59,842 nt of DNA. Source: a virus. Lineage: Duplodnaviria; Caudoviricetes. Each line of letters starts with the position of its first letter. Position 1 is the stretch's first letter. Under the pieces are notes generated by a model that was not told the origin of the DNA, did no database searches, and was given only the letters and a program-made list of their open reading frames with translations. The stretch is from IMG/VR virus record IMGVR_UViG_3300025132_000006, positions 1-59,842 of that record; one strand, 5' to 3'. Below are positions 10,331 through 22,200 of this stretch, piece after piece. The position numbers were made by a program, and so were the translations under genes.

Positions 10331-10871
10331 TTTTAGAAAAAGATTAAGACCTCATAAAACCAAGTCTGTGAAAGACAAGTCGTCAGATGATGACGAGGTT
10401 GAGTGGGTTCAAGCAGCTGTAGCGGTTGCTGGTTTAGGTCTTTCTCTATGGGAAAAACACGAACAAGGCAAAGCTGATAAGCAACTTAAAAAGAGCTTAC
10501 AAGCTAAACAATCTCAAGTAGGCTCAGCTATGGGTGGTGTAGTAGACACTCTAGATGCTTCTTTAGGTTTATTTAAAGATAGAAAAGACGAAGATAAAAA
10601 GATTATGGGTGATAATTTGACTACTAAATTAAAAAATGATTTAGACCAAGTAAGAGATAAAGGTAGTTCTTTTGCAAATACAGGAACTGATAATACTATG
10701 GTGGCAAACATTGATAATAATCTATGGAGTGGTTATAATCAAGGTACTTTAAAGTTAGATAGGCAAGAAGAAAATGCTAAATTAGGTGCATATTCTACTG
10801 CATATAAAAGTAATGCTGATTTAAGAACACAAATGAATGAGCTTGAGTCTCAAATAGAATCGTTAAGCTAA
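10323..10871 (+). CDS. Putative ejection/pilot protein
   Basis: Hydrophobic WVQAAVAVAGLGLSLW near the N-terminus, then helical Q/K/D-rich sequence, like T7 gp14/P22 gp7-type proteins. Confidence 0.55.
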   Translation: MINFRKRLRPHKTKSVKDKSSDDDEVEWVQAAVAVAGLGLSLWEKHEQGKADKQLKKSLQAKQSQVGSAMGGVVDTLDASLGLFKDRKDEDKKIMGDNLTTKLKNDLDQVRDKGSSFANTGTDNTMVANIDNNLWSGYNQGTLKLDRQEENAKLGAYSTAYKSNADLRTQMNELESQIESLS

Positions 10872-12241
10872 TGAATAGAAAACAAAGAAGAACATTGGGG
10901 GCAGTAGCTGATTTAACTACAGTGCTAGATAGTTTATATAGAATAGAGCATGAGAAAACAAAAAGTAAAGAAAGAATAGCTCTTCAAGATATTCGTGAGT
11001 CTGCTAATACAAAAAGGCAAATATTAAGAGATAAGGCTCAAACTAAATTGACACAAGATAGAGATGAAGCTCAACATAGAAGGTCATTATTAACAAAATA
11101 TGACCCACAAGATATATCAATAGATACAACAACTGGAGAATGGTTACCTAATGATGGAGCAGTTAGTAGAACTATTAAAGAAAAGAAGCAAGATTTAATG
11201 TATGGATTAACAGGGCTGAAGCTAGATTATGATAGTCCTGATATGTCTATGTATCAAGAAATATTACAATCATCAAATAATGCAAATGAACCTTCTTGGG
11301 AAGACGACCCTACTCCAGATGCTTTTACTCAAAGAGATATACCTCAATTAAATCAAAAAATATATGATGAGTATGAGAAAAAATATGGTAAAGAAACATT
11401 TTTCAATGAAAGTGCAATTAAAAATGTAATTGGAACTAGTACTAAAGCTCGTATAGGTAAAGATATAATGACTACAGCTGAGTATAATACTATGCATAAA
11501 GGCTTGGCTCAAGAAGATGTATATAGAGACCAAATTACAACTAATGCTAACACTCGTATGGGTGATGCAATAAAACAAGAATTAGCCGATAAAGACTATA
11601 TTAAAGAAACCTATCAAGAATCTCCTTTTAGTCGTGCTTATGTGAAAACCGAATTAGGAACGACGCAAGAGAGAGAAAATTGGGCATCTAGCAAAGAACA
11701 ATTATTTAAAGATTTAGAAAATGATGGTGTATCAGAGGCTGGGATGGTTCAATATCAAAATGCTATAAATCAAATATTTAATTTTAATAACGACCCTCGT
11801 GAATTTTTAAGTGCTTTTAAAAGGTGGGATAGACCCTCTAGAGATGGTGGAATGAGTATTACAGAAGATATTTATAATAGATTAGGTTTAACTAAAACTT
11901 CTTATATAGGTACAAAAGATTTAATTGAAGGTAGAAATGAAAAAGTTAAAGGAAAAAGATTAAAACCATTTGTTCAAGATATAGGTCAACCTAGAAAAGT
12001 TGATTTTTTTACTGAACAATTTGGAAACGAATCGAAGTTTATAGATATAGCATTAGATAGTGGTGCTATAGATATTATTAAAATAAGAAAGAACCAATAT
12101 AGTATAAAAGTTAAAAATAAAAATGATTTTCAAAGAGTAATGAAAACTTGGATAAAAAATGCTGAAAAATATCCAAAATTTAGAGAAGCTCTTCAAAGAT
12201 TTAAAATGTTCACAGAGCAAGGCAATATAGGGTTTGAATAA
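10871..12241 (+). CDS. Putative internal virion protein
   Basis: TAATG-coupled ORF; charged and helical; call is positional. Confidence 0.5.
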   Translation: MNRKQRRTLGAVADLTTVLDSLYRIEHEKTKSKERIALQDIRESANTKRQILRDKAQTKLTQDRDEAQHRRSLLTKYDPQDISIDTTTGEWLPNDGAVSRTIKEKKQDLMYGLTGLKLDYDSPDMSMYQEILQSSNNANEPSWEDDPTPDAFTQRDIPQLNQKIYDEYEKKYGKETFFNESAIKNVIGTSTKARIGKDIMTTAEYNTMHKGLAQEDVYRDQITTNANTRMGDAIKQELADKDYIKETYQESPFSRAYVKTELGTTQERENWASSKEQLFKDLENDGVSEAGMVQYQNAINQIFNFNNDPREFLSAFKRWDRPSRDGGMSITEDIYNRLGLTKTSYIGTKDLIEGRNEKVKGKRLKPFVQDIGQPRKVDFFTEQFGNESKFIDIALDSGAIDIIKIRKNQYSIKVKNKNDFQRVMKTWIKNAEKYPKFREALQRFKMFTEQGNIGFE

Positions 12242-13245
12242 TGAGTGATAAGAATAAACCTCAAAATATGCAAACTTTTTTTACATCAATGCTTGATAGT
12301 GCTTTTGCAGATACTTCCGATGGTAAATTGGGTGCGCAGTTATTATTAGATAATCAGCCTCCTAAGAAAAAGAAAGTTATAAAAGACACTACTAGTGTAG
12401 ACATTGAAAAAAAATTAGGTGGAGTAACAGGTTTATATGGTAAAATATCTAAATTTTTAGATGTTAATCAATTAGCAGTAGAAGCTGAAGAGTATATGAC
12501 AAGTGGGGGAGATTTAGCTAAAGAATGGTCTCCTGATACATGGGCTAGTGATAATTTAAATTTTAGAGGATTGGATAGCCCATATAGAAATGAAGCAATT
12601 AATATGGCTAGAGAAAGAGTTGAACAGCCTGGGTTTAAAACATATTTTACAGACAGAAGTAAAGAGGGTGCTTATAGCATTGCAGATGATTATTTTTATA
12701 ACTTAGCCTTAACTGATGTTTATCAAGGTGCTTATAATGAAGCAAAAAAAGCTCGACCTTTGGATATTGGCGATGAAATAGAAAGAAGTATAGGATTAGA
12801 GGTTCACAGGTGGGATTCATATAAACCTCGTTTAGATAAATGGGTTAGTAAAGAAGATATGGAAACTTTGACAGGACTAGCAAGAGAAAAAGCATCTGGT
12901 TGGGCGAGTTCATATAGAAAAGATTTAAAAACAAATATTAAAGGGACTGTTGACCAAATTAATAAAGGTGAGGTTTCTAAAAAAACTGGAATTTTAATTG
13001 ACTCATTAAATGATATGTTAAATAAAACAGAGTCGTTACAAACTCTATACAATACTAAAGAAGAAATACACTATGTACAAGGTGCAAGTGGAATTCAAAA
13101 TCCTGATGTAGATAAAATATTAAAAAGAATTGAAACTAGAACAAGAGCTAATTTAGAATCAGCAGGAAAACAAGCATCTAAGGTTTATGACCCTGAACTT
13201 ATTGGACATAAAGCATTAATAAATGCTACTAAAACAATTAAATAA
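12241..13245 (+). CDS. Putative internal virion protein
   Basis: TAATG-coupled ORF just upstream of the RNAP-like gene. Confidence 0.5.
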   Translation: MSDKNKPQNMQTFFTSMLDSAFADTSDGKLGAQLLLDNQPPKKKKVIKDTTSVDIEKKLGGVTGLYGKISKFLDVNQLAVEAEEYMTSGGDLAKEWSPDTWASDNLNFRGLDSPYRNEAINMARERVEQPGFKTYFTDRSKEGAYSIADDYFYNLALTDVYQGAYNEAKKARPLDIGDEIERSIGLEVHRWDSYKPRLDKWVSKEDMETLTGLAREKASGWASSYRKDLKTNIKGTVDQINKGEVSKKTGILIDSLNDMLNKTESLQTLYNTKEEIHYVQGASGIQNPDVDKILKRIETRTRANLESAGKQASKVYDPELIGHKALINATKTIK

Positions 13246-13247
13246 TA

Positions 13248-16200
13248 ATGTCAGATATAAATAGCCTATTAGACTCGTTACAACAATCTATTGACGAAGA
13301 TTATCGTCATTCTATAACTCCTAAACCTTCTACTACGAATAGAAGTCTTCACAAATCATTAGATAATTTACAACAAGAAGAACTTCAAGATAGAACATCA
13401 ATTCAAAATCAAAGACCAACAGATGCTCCAAAAGGAACATTTGGAAGTCAATTTATATGGGGTGTTGCTGAATCGGCTATGGTTGCACCTGGTCTATGGG
13501 AATCACTAGGTAAGCAAACTGGAATTGCTCCAAATATACAAGAAGGAGATATAAGAAAATCTTTAGGAGGAGTAAAATGGGATGATGCTACTCAATTAGG
13601 TAAGGTTGGTCATGTATTTGGCGCTGGTGTAGGTATGTTAGCTCCTTTTGGTCTTGCAGGTAAACTTGTTGGTGGAGTACTTAGAGTTGGTGGGAAAGTA
13701 ATTCAAGGAGGACAAGCTTTAATGAAGTCCACTCCTTTCTTAGCAAGAGCCGCTTCAAAAGAATTAATAGAACGAGTTGGTAAAGTTACAGGTAAATCAG
13801 CTACTACCTTAAGTAAAGAAAATGCTAAAACTATAGTCAATTTAGCAGAAGATGTTATATCTAAACCATCAGTTTTAAATAAAATTAGAGGTCTTAAGCA
13901 TCATGATGAAATAGTCAAAGGACTAGGTCAAATTGAAATGAGAAATGTTATTAAGAATTCTATTCCTGATATTGCTGATGATGCAGTAGATGATATTTCT
14001 AGAATTGCAATTGAGGCAGTAAGTCATCATTCTGTTAAAAATGCACACGCTATACTTGAGTCAGCGGCAAGAGGCTTAATGAGTTTAGGTGGGAAAAGGC
14101 AAACTGGATTACCAACAGATTTATTAGCTGCTTATAGTTACGATGCACTACTTGGTGGTGTATTTGGATTTGGTAAATACGCTGCTGAACAATATTCTAA
14201 ACAAGCATGGCAAGATGAGACAGGTGTTCTTGAAGCAGGAAAATTTATACAAGATACAGATTGGTGGGAAGGTGCTAATCATATGTTAGAAGAAGGTGCT
14301 TGGTTAGGACTTTTAGGACCTGTTAGATATATAGCTGGTGGTACTGGTTCTCCATTGATAACTGTCCCTAGATTCTGGAATAAGAATCCCGGAAAAGTAA
14401 ACAAAATAATTGGCGGATTAGCTAAAAATTGGAAAAAAATTGATAATATAACTCCAAATGAAGCTAGGGCTACTATGCAAATGATGGATTCTGTGAGTAA
14501 TGGTGCAATAAGGCATTTTATAGATAAAGGTAAGATGCCAATTGTTAGTAAAGCTATGGAAAAAAATCCTTCTGCTTGGTGGCAATATTTTACAAAAAAT
14601 GGAGATGAAGCGATAGGTGCTTTAAATGAAATAAGAAGTACATTTGTTAGGAATGCACCTAGAATACTAGCAGGAGAGACTTTAAAAGATTTTGCTTATA
14701 GTTTACCTAGAATGGGAATGGGTGCATTTACGATGAATCTTCCTGTAATTCATGAGACATGGAAAAATGCTAAAGGAATGCCTACTGGAGAAAGATTTAA
14801 ATGGACTGCTGAAAATTCATTTGGAGAAACATGGGCTGATATAGGTGCTAATATAACAGTTGCTATGTTAATGACTCGTTCTGGGAGAGCTATACGAAGA
14901 TTTGATAAACCTGCATCTGGCTCTGCTAAAGACACTGGTATGCAATTAGGAATAAGTCGTGGTGAAATGCAAACTCATTTAACAGGAGCTGATAGATATA
15001 TAAAAGAAGTTCAAGCTGGTTTAGAAACTATGGGTCTTGCACCTTCTCAGCGACATCAATTAGCAATGAGATATTCACAACATAATGAATTTCCAGGTGA
15101 GTATGGTAATAGATTATCACAAGCAATTACTGAAACAGATGCTACATTTAAAGGAATAAATGAAAAAATAAACGAAAGAAGCTTAACTAAAGAAGAAATA
15201 TCTAAACTAGATATAGAAAAAATAGAATCTGAAGGTAGGCATATAGATATACAAGAAGCTTATAAGAAAGCTGCTAAAGAAAGAAATCTTAGTTCTGAAG
15301 AGATTGCTCAATGGAATAAAGATTTAGAAATTGCTAAAGCAGTTGAAAGATTTATGGAGTCTGAGTTAATAACTGGTGAGATTACTCATAAACCAATGAG
15401 TCCTAACGAAGCTAGAGAGTATGTTAAAGATTTAGCTAATACAAAAATTGATGGAGTTTCATTAACATCTGAAAACGTAATGCCTTTATTAAGAAAAGCT
15501 AGAAATCATGCAGTCGCTAAAGCTACAAAAGAATCTTATAATGAAATTATAATGACTTATAAAGATGTTGCTGAAGCTTTAGGATTAGAAGTTGTTTATG
15601 ATAAACAAAGAGGCGTTATATATGCACCTGAATCTTTGCAATTACCAATGCTTGGAAGAGTAGACGTAGCTAATCAAAAAAGCAGAGATAGAAATGCTAT
15701 GACTGAATCGTTTAATCATATACATAAATTGGGAATTCAATTAGGATGGATAAAGCCTCAAAAGAAAGTCTCATCAATGACAGCTGAAAATTTAACAGGA
15801 GAAGGTTATGATAAAGCTGTTAATATTTTTTCTGAAAGATTATTAAATCTTCATAAATATACTTATGGGCATGAGCATAATAGAGAAAGTTTAGAAGGTG
15901 GTCATAGTTGGAATGATTTTATGATGACATCTGATACTTGGCATTATGCTTATGGAGCAGGTAAAAGTTATTTACAAAGAGAGAATGTTAAATCTTTTCT
16001 ACGAGGTGATTATAAGAATGTAGATAGTCATTTAGGAGGAGATGAAATATCAAAATTTCATAGAGAATTAGAAAGTAGAATTGGTTCAAACTGGGTAGAA
16101 ATAAAAGACTTAGATAAGGTTACTAGCGATAAAAATGAGCAAAATGATATAAGAGCTTTTATTACAAACTTAAATAAAATTTATAGACTTGGCACTCCGT

Positions 16201-19200
16201 CTGAAAGAATAGAATCAAAAACAAAAGAGATAGAAGGAGTTGCTGCTTCTGAATTAAAACAAAAAACAGAAGAGTTGTTTGGTAATGCTTTTTCAGATAA
16301 AGATGTTTTAGGTAGGCTAGAAAGTGAAATACTACAAGAGGCAGTAGAAAGAATAGACCTAAAAAATACAGACAGAACTTATACTAAGTCAACTGTTTCT
16401 TTATTGACTAACCCAGAGTTTGCTGGTGGCACTATTAATTCATTAAGAAGTATTAAAGATATTCATGCATTTCTTGACTCTATGGCTAAAAATGGTAAGC
16501 CTACTGAAGAAGTTGATATGTTAAAGCAATTTTATGAAAATTTACATAGAGCTATAGAAAAATCTGAAAGTGGAGTTATAAAATTTAACAAAGAAACTTT
16601 ACCTGTTGATGGTCTTGAAAATAATTTATATCAGGCATTAAGAGAAGCAGAGCATTATTCAAGGCAAAGTTCATTAGATGCTCTTATATATGGTTCTCAA
16701 GAAATATCCAATTCTTTAAATAAATTAGTATTTGATACAACAAAAGAGATAGCAACAATCGTTAATACAGATACAAATATGCCTGAGCAAAATAGAAAAG
16801 AACTATTTGATACATTATTTAAAACTCAAAGACTTGGTCAATCTTTAATAGACCAAATTTCTATTGCAAAACGAGAAGGAAATTTAGTTGCCTTAAATAG
16901 CTTAAATAAAAGAAAAGTAGATTTAGATAAAAGTTTAACAGAGCTTACAAGTAATATTCAAAGTAAAACTGCTCACGAAAGTTATCAACAAGTATTAGCC
17001 GATATGGCTAGGGTTCAAGGTGAAATAAATTCAAAGCCATTAAATCATAGTGAAATTGAAACTATTTTTAATGAAAGATTGCAATATGAAATGAAATCTT
17101 CTAAAGCTCCTTCTATAGAACCTCCGAATACTATATCTTTAAATCAATTTGAATCTAAATATTTTGTAAAAATGAGTGACTACATTTTAATGGAAAGAGC
17201 ATTAAATGAACCAATACAAACTGGTAATAGTGCTATAGATTTATTAATAACTGCAAAAAGAAATATTAAAGTTAATCTCGGTACAGAGAGTGAGTCTATG
17301 GTTGCAGATGCTATGAGAATATTAGATAAGGGTATAGAAAACTTAAAAAATTTACAAGGTAAAAAAGTTTTAGAGCCTAAAGAAATGGTTGATTATATTC
17401 GTAAACCTATGATGGAGTACATAAAAACTCAATTATTTTCTGCTCAAAAACTTGGAATACTTGATAATGAAGCATTTGCAAAAAGATTATTAGAAGTTGA
17501 TAGTGATTTAAATCAGATTATGACTCAAGCATTTTCAACAAAACAGTTAAGAAGTCTTGAATTTCATAAAGGAGGATTCCTTTTAACAAAAGAAACTGTT
17601 CCTAATACAGATAAAACTGGGTTTTTAGCAGTTGAAAAACAATTAGGCATTGAAGGTAGAATGTTTTTATTAAAAAATAGTGGAGTAGATGCTGAAGGCA
17701 ATAGATTTCAAAGAGTTAATAAAGAAATGCGTGAAAATATTGAACTTGCGTTATCTAGTGATGTTGGAGCGACTGTAGTAAATAGAGACGCAGAAGCAGA
17801 TTTTTATAGAACTCAAGACCCTAAAATTATTGAAAAAGATGCAGACTTAGTTTCGAATAAAAGAAAACTTCAATTAATAACAATAGATGAGGGTGTTAAT
17901 TTATTAGTTGAAAATTCTCCAGAAGTAATTGCAAATATTAATGCTAATTATACATGGGATGCCTCATCTAAAGGAAAAAATAGTGAGATAATGCAAACAC
18001 TAGATAGAATTTTAGTGGATGGAAATAACGCAGATAACTTAGCTTTAACAGAGAAATTTAGAAATCCAAATATGAAGGGTGAAGATATAGCTAGTGCAAT
18101 ATTATTAACTAGAGCTATTTCTGATAGTAAAAGTCTTGTTTCTGACTTTTTAAAGAATACTGCAAATGATAAATTATTAAAAGCTGAGTGGAAGCGTCTA
18201 AAGATGTTTGAACATAGAAGTGGCTTTACTGGAACTAAGGATAATGTAAAATTTGTATATGAATTATTAAGAGAAACTGTTCGTGAGGGTATGTTTAAAC
18301 ACCAACACAAGCTTTCTTTAGAAAAATTAGAACAAGTATTTGGCAAGAACGGTGAAACACCTTTGGATTTAGTTGTTATAAATGATGAAACTGGTCCTGT
18401 TGAGGTAAATGGTAAGATGAATTATAATCCATTTGATTATAAACAAGGAGTTGCTGCTAGATTAAAAAAACAACTTCAAGAGCAGCTTGATTTAAAATCA
18501 ATTACCCAAGAACAGTTAAATGAGACTATGGATAAACTAGCAAAAGATAAAAGCGAAGTAGATAGTGTCACATATTTAAATAAAGATACATTTCAAGCTC
18601 TTATGACTTTTCTTGGAGTCAAAGACCAAATGATAGAATATAGACCTGATGGAAGTGCTATAATTAGAGCAGGTGCTATTAAACCAGTAATTACTCATAG
18701 TGAAATTTCAAAAGACGGTAGTTTGTTAGAATTTATTTTAAAAACTTCTTTTCAATATAGTCCGACTGTTGAAGGGATAATGCCTAAAAATGTAAATGGA
18801 ATAGCTTTTAAGAGTGGTGCAAAGAAATTTAAGACTAGACAAGGTAAAGGGGAAATGGTAGATAGTTATATGGCTCCTGATAGAGTTCCTGGAGATATTT
18901 TAAAGAATGCTAGTTTAGATAGAAAATTAGATATGACTTTTGAAAATGTTGATATATCAAATAGCGTTGCTAGTATTCCTTTATCTTCTATAAACCTTAA
19001 ACAAGCCTCTAGTGAACATACTGGCTTAGTAGCTGCTAATACTGGTGTTCATTTTAATAGAAGAGGTATGGAAGGAATGAGGAAATGGACAGGTATTGAT
19101 AGAAAGATGAGCGATTTTGGTAGAACTCAGCAAGAAGTTTGGTTAAATCCATATAAAAGAACTGCTGTTGCAAAAGAATTATTTGGGTATAGTCAAGAGA

Positions 19201-22200
19201 CTGGCGACCCTTTTATGCTAAATACTGGTCTTGACTTTATATTAGAAAATAGAGGTGTGCTTGTTCAAGATTGGATTCAACCAGTTATTGAAAGAAGTTT
19301 AATAAGCCATCATTTAAGTGGTGGGAATATAACTGCTAGAAAAATTTATGAATCTGAGACTGCAGTAATGACTCCAGATTCAGGTGGACTTCAATTACCA
19401 TTTAGAACAAAATTAAATGGGACTAGAGCTGTTCAAAGAATTTTTGGAGGTTCAAGAATATCAACATTCTTAGGAAACAAGCTCGTAAAGTTTGATGGTG
19501 AAGTAAATAGACATAATGACCAAGCTAGTGATACAGCCGCTAATATTGTTAAGTTTTCAGATGGTTTAGAAGGTATATTAGTTCATGGTTTAAATAATAA
19601 AAGCAAGGCAAGTAAAGAAGCTACTTTATATGTAGATGGTTATATGGTTACTCCTGAAGGTAAAATATATGATTTAAGCACAGGCATGAATAAAGAAGTT
19701 ACCTTACCAGAAGCTCAAAGAGTTGAATATATAAATAAACAAAAAGAAGCAAATGAATTAGGTAATCTTTTAAAAGAAAAACTTAATTTAAAAGAAAATG
19801 GAACTGCTACAATGTCTCAAGCTATGGGAGAAGCTGAGAGTGTTAGAAATTCTTTGAAAAAAGGTGATAATAGAGGCATATGGATGGCTTCTATAAGTGT
19901 AAGACAACCTAGAAACCAAGCTGGTGATATGATTGTTGAAAAATTGGAAGGGTTTACTAGAGGTCAAGGCAACGTAAAAGAAACAAATAGTATAGATGCA
20001 ATTCAAACTGCTGATGCTGATTTTGATTTAGATAAAATTACAACGTACACTGCTTCTAATAAAGAAGTATGGGGAGAAGTTGCTAGATTAGCTGGGCATA
20101 CAACATTTAATTCAGATGCTGATATACAGAATTACATAGAAAGAGAATTTTCATCTTTTGATAGCTTTAGAGACCATAATAACAATATTCAAGAAACTGC
20201 TTTTGTTCGCTCTAGGTTTGTAAAACTACATCAAACAATGACTTATTTAAAAAATATGCTTGGTGGGAATAGTATTGCAAATTTTAGATACGGTAAAGAG
20301 TTATACTCTATAAAATTAAAACAAGAAACAAGTGAGTTTTTAAATACAGAAGCAATTTTATCTCAAATGGCTAAAATGTATATAGATGTATATAATAATA
20401 CTCCTCGAATTAATTCTAATTTTGTTAACCATGCAATGAGAAAATTATTTTTTGGCGAGAATGGAATGTTCCAAGTTAAAGTTATAGATAAAGGTAAAGA
20501 ATTAGATAGTGATTTACAACTATGGCATAAAGATGGTACAAATAATCCTTATGGAGATATAAATACTAATTTTATAGACGTTATTCAAGCAATAGAAGGT
20601 AGGTTTATTAGTCCACTTGGTCAATATTTACAATATAACAGAGGAGTTACTCAATTAGATAGTAATTTTCAAAGGTCTTCTAGTATTCAAGATTTTTCTG
20701 GTGCTTATGAAAGAACATTATATTCATTTAATGACAGAGTAAAATGGAATGGGACTGAGTCTAAAACAGATATATTAGATTTAACACCTGGTTTAAAGGC
20801 TGCTCAAGCTTATTTTAGAGACTCTTCTAATCCATATGATATTGGAATGAGAGAAATGAATAATCTTAATGCTAAAAAACATAAGGAAATAAATATTTTT
20901 GAAGGCGATATGGGTAAATTAGTTACTGCTATAGAAGAAGGGGTTATCGATACTGGAGATTATCAACAACAATATAGAAATGCAGTCAATAATGCATATG
21001 ATAAGTTTATAAAGAATCAATTTAATATGGCTGAAGTAACTGCTTTATTAAGAAGACAATATGGAGTAGAGTCGCAAATGAATAGTTTAGAAATGAGATT
21101 TTCTAGAATGAACATTAAAGAGACTCCTGAATATATGGCTTTAGCAAAAAAACAAGAACGACTTTCAGAAGCAGTTGAGGGATTAAGACAAGTTATGGGA
21201 GCTGGGAGAGATTTTGAAATAGCTAAAGGAAATGAATTTTTTGATGAAATAAGATTAAAAAAGAATTTTAAGGAAAAGGAATATGTAAATACATCTAAAG
21301 CACCTATTGTAGTTAGGTCTGGAGATGGAAGCATGAAAGAAATTATTCGTGGAGGAGAAAGAAATCAACAGCGAATAGGGAAGAAAGATAGAGTATTTAA
21401 GCATGGTAGGAGATGGGAGTTTGCATCTGAAACTCAAATAGGGGCAGATATAAATAATATAGCCTTTGGAATGTTGCCATCTTATAATAGAGGTGGTGAT
21501 ACTTCAATAATGAGTGAAGGTCAATTTAAAAAATATCAAGATTGGAGAACTAGGCTTGAAATTAATTTAAGAGAAATTGAGAATAGTTTAACAGATAAAA
21601 GAGGGAGACAAGTAACTATGTTAACCTCTCAAGAAAACTCAATGATAACTGCTCAAAAAATGAGAGAATTGAATAATTTCATTCAAGAATTTAATTTTAA
21701 TGATGGTACAAATATACTTGATAAGTGGGCAATCGTTCATGCATTAATGCAACCAAAGGTAGATAAAAATGTAATGTTAGCAAAGCCAGTTACTGATGGA
21801 AAAGGCGTGAAAGGAATGTCTTTTGGAAATAAAGTATATATGCATAATTATGGTAGAACAGAAAAACTACTATGGGATTATTTAAATGAAGTAAGAAGTA
21901 CACATCACGAAAATTTTAAAGACTCAGGTATTAGTTCAGTAGAAGCAGCTGAGTTTATGAGAGCTATTATACAAAATCAAAAACAAGCATTATTAATACA
22001 TGAAAGACCTTATGGAGATATTAGAATGAATGTTGATGGCTTTTGGACTGAACCATCTAGAATTACTGAAAGCAACCATTTTAAACAAACTAATTTACAT
22101 GCAGAAGTTCATGAATTAGCTAGGTCTGCTAACGAACAAGTAAAAATGGCAGCTAATACTTTAATAAGATATTCAAGAGGAGAAGGTGGATTAGTAGACC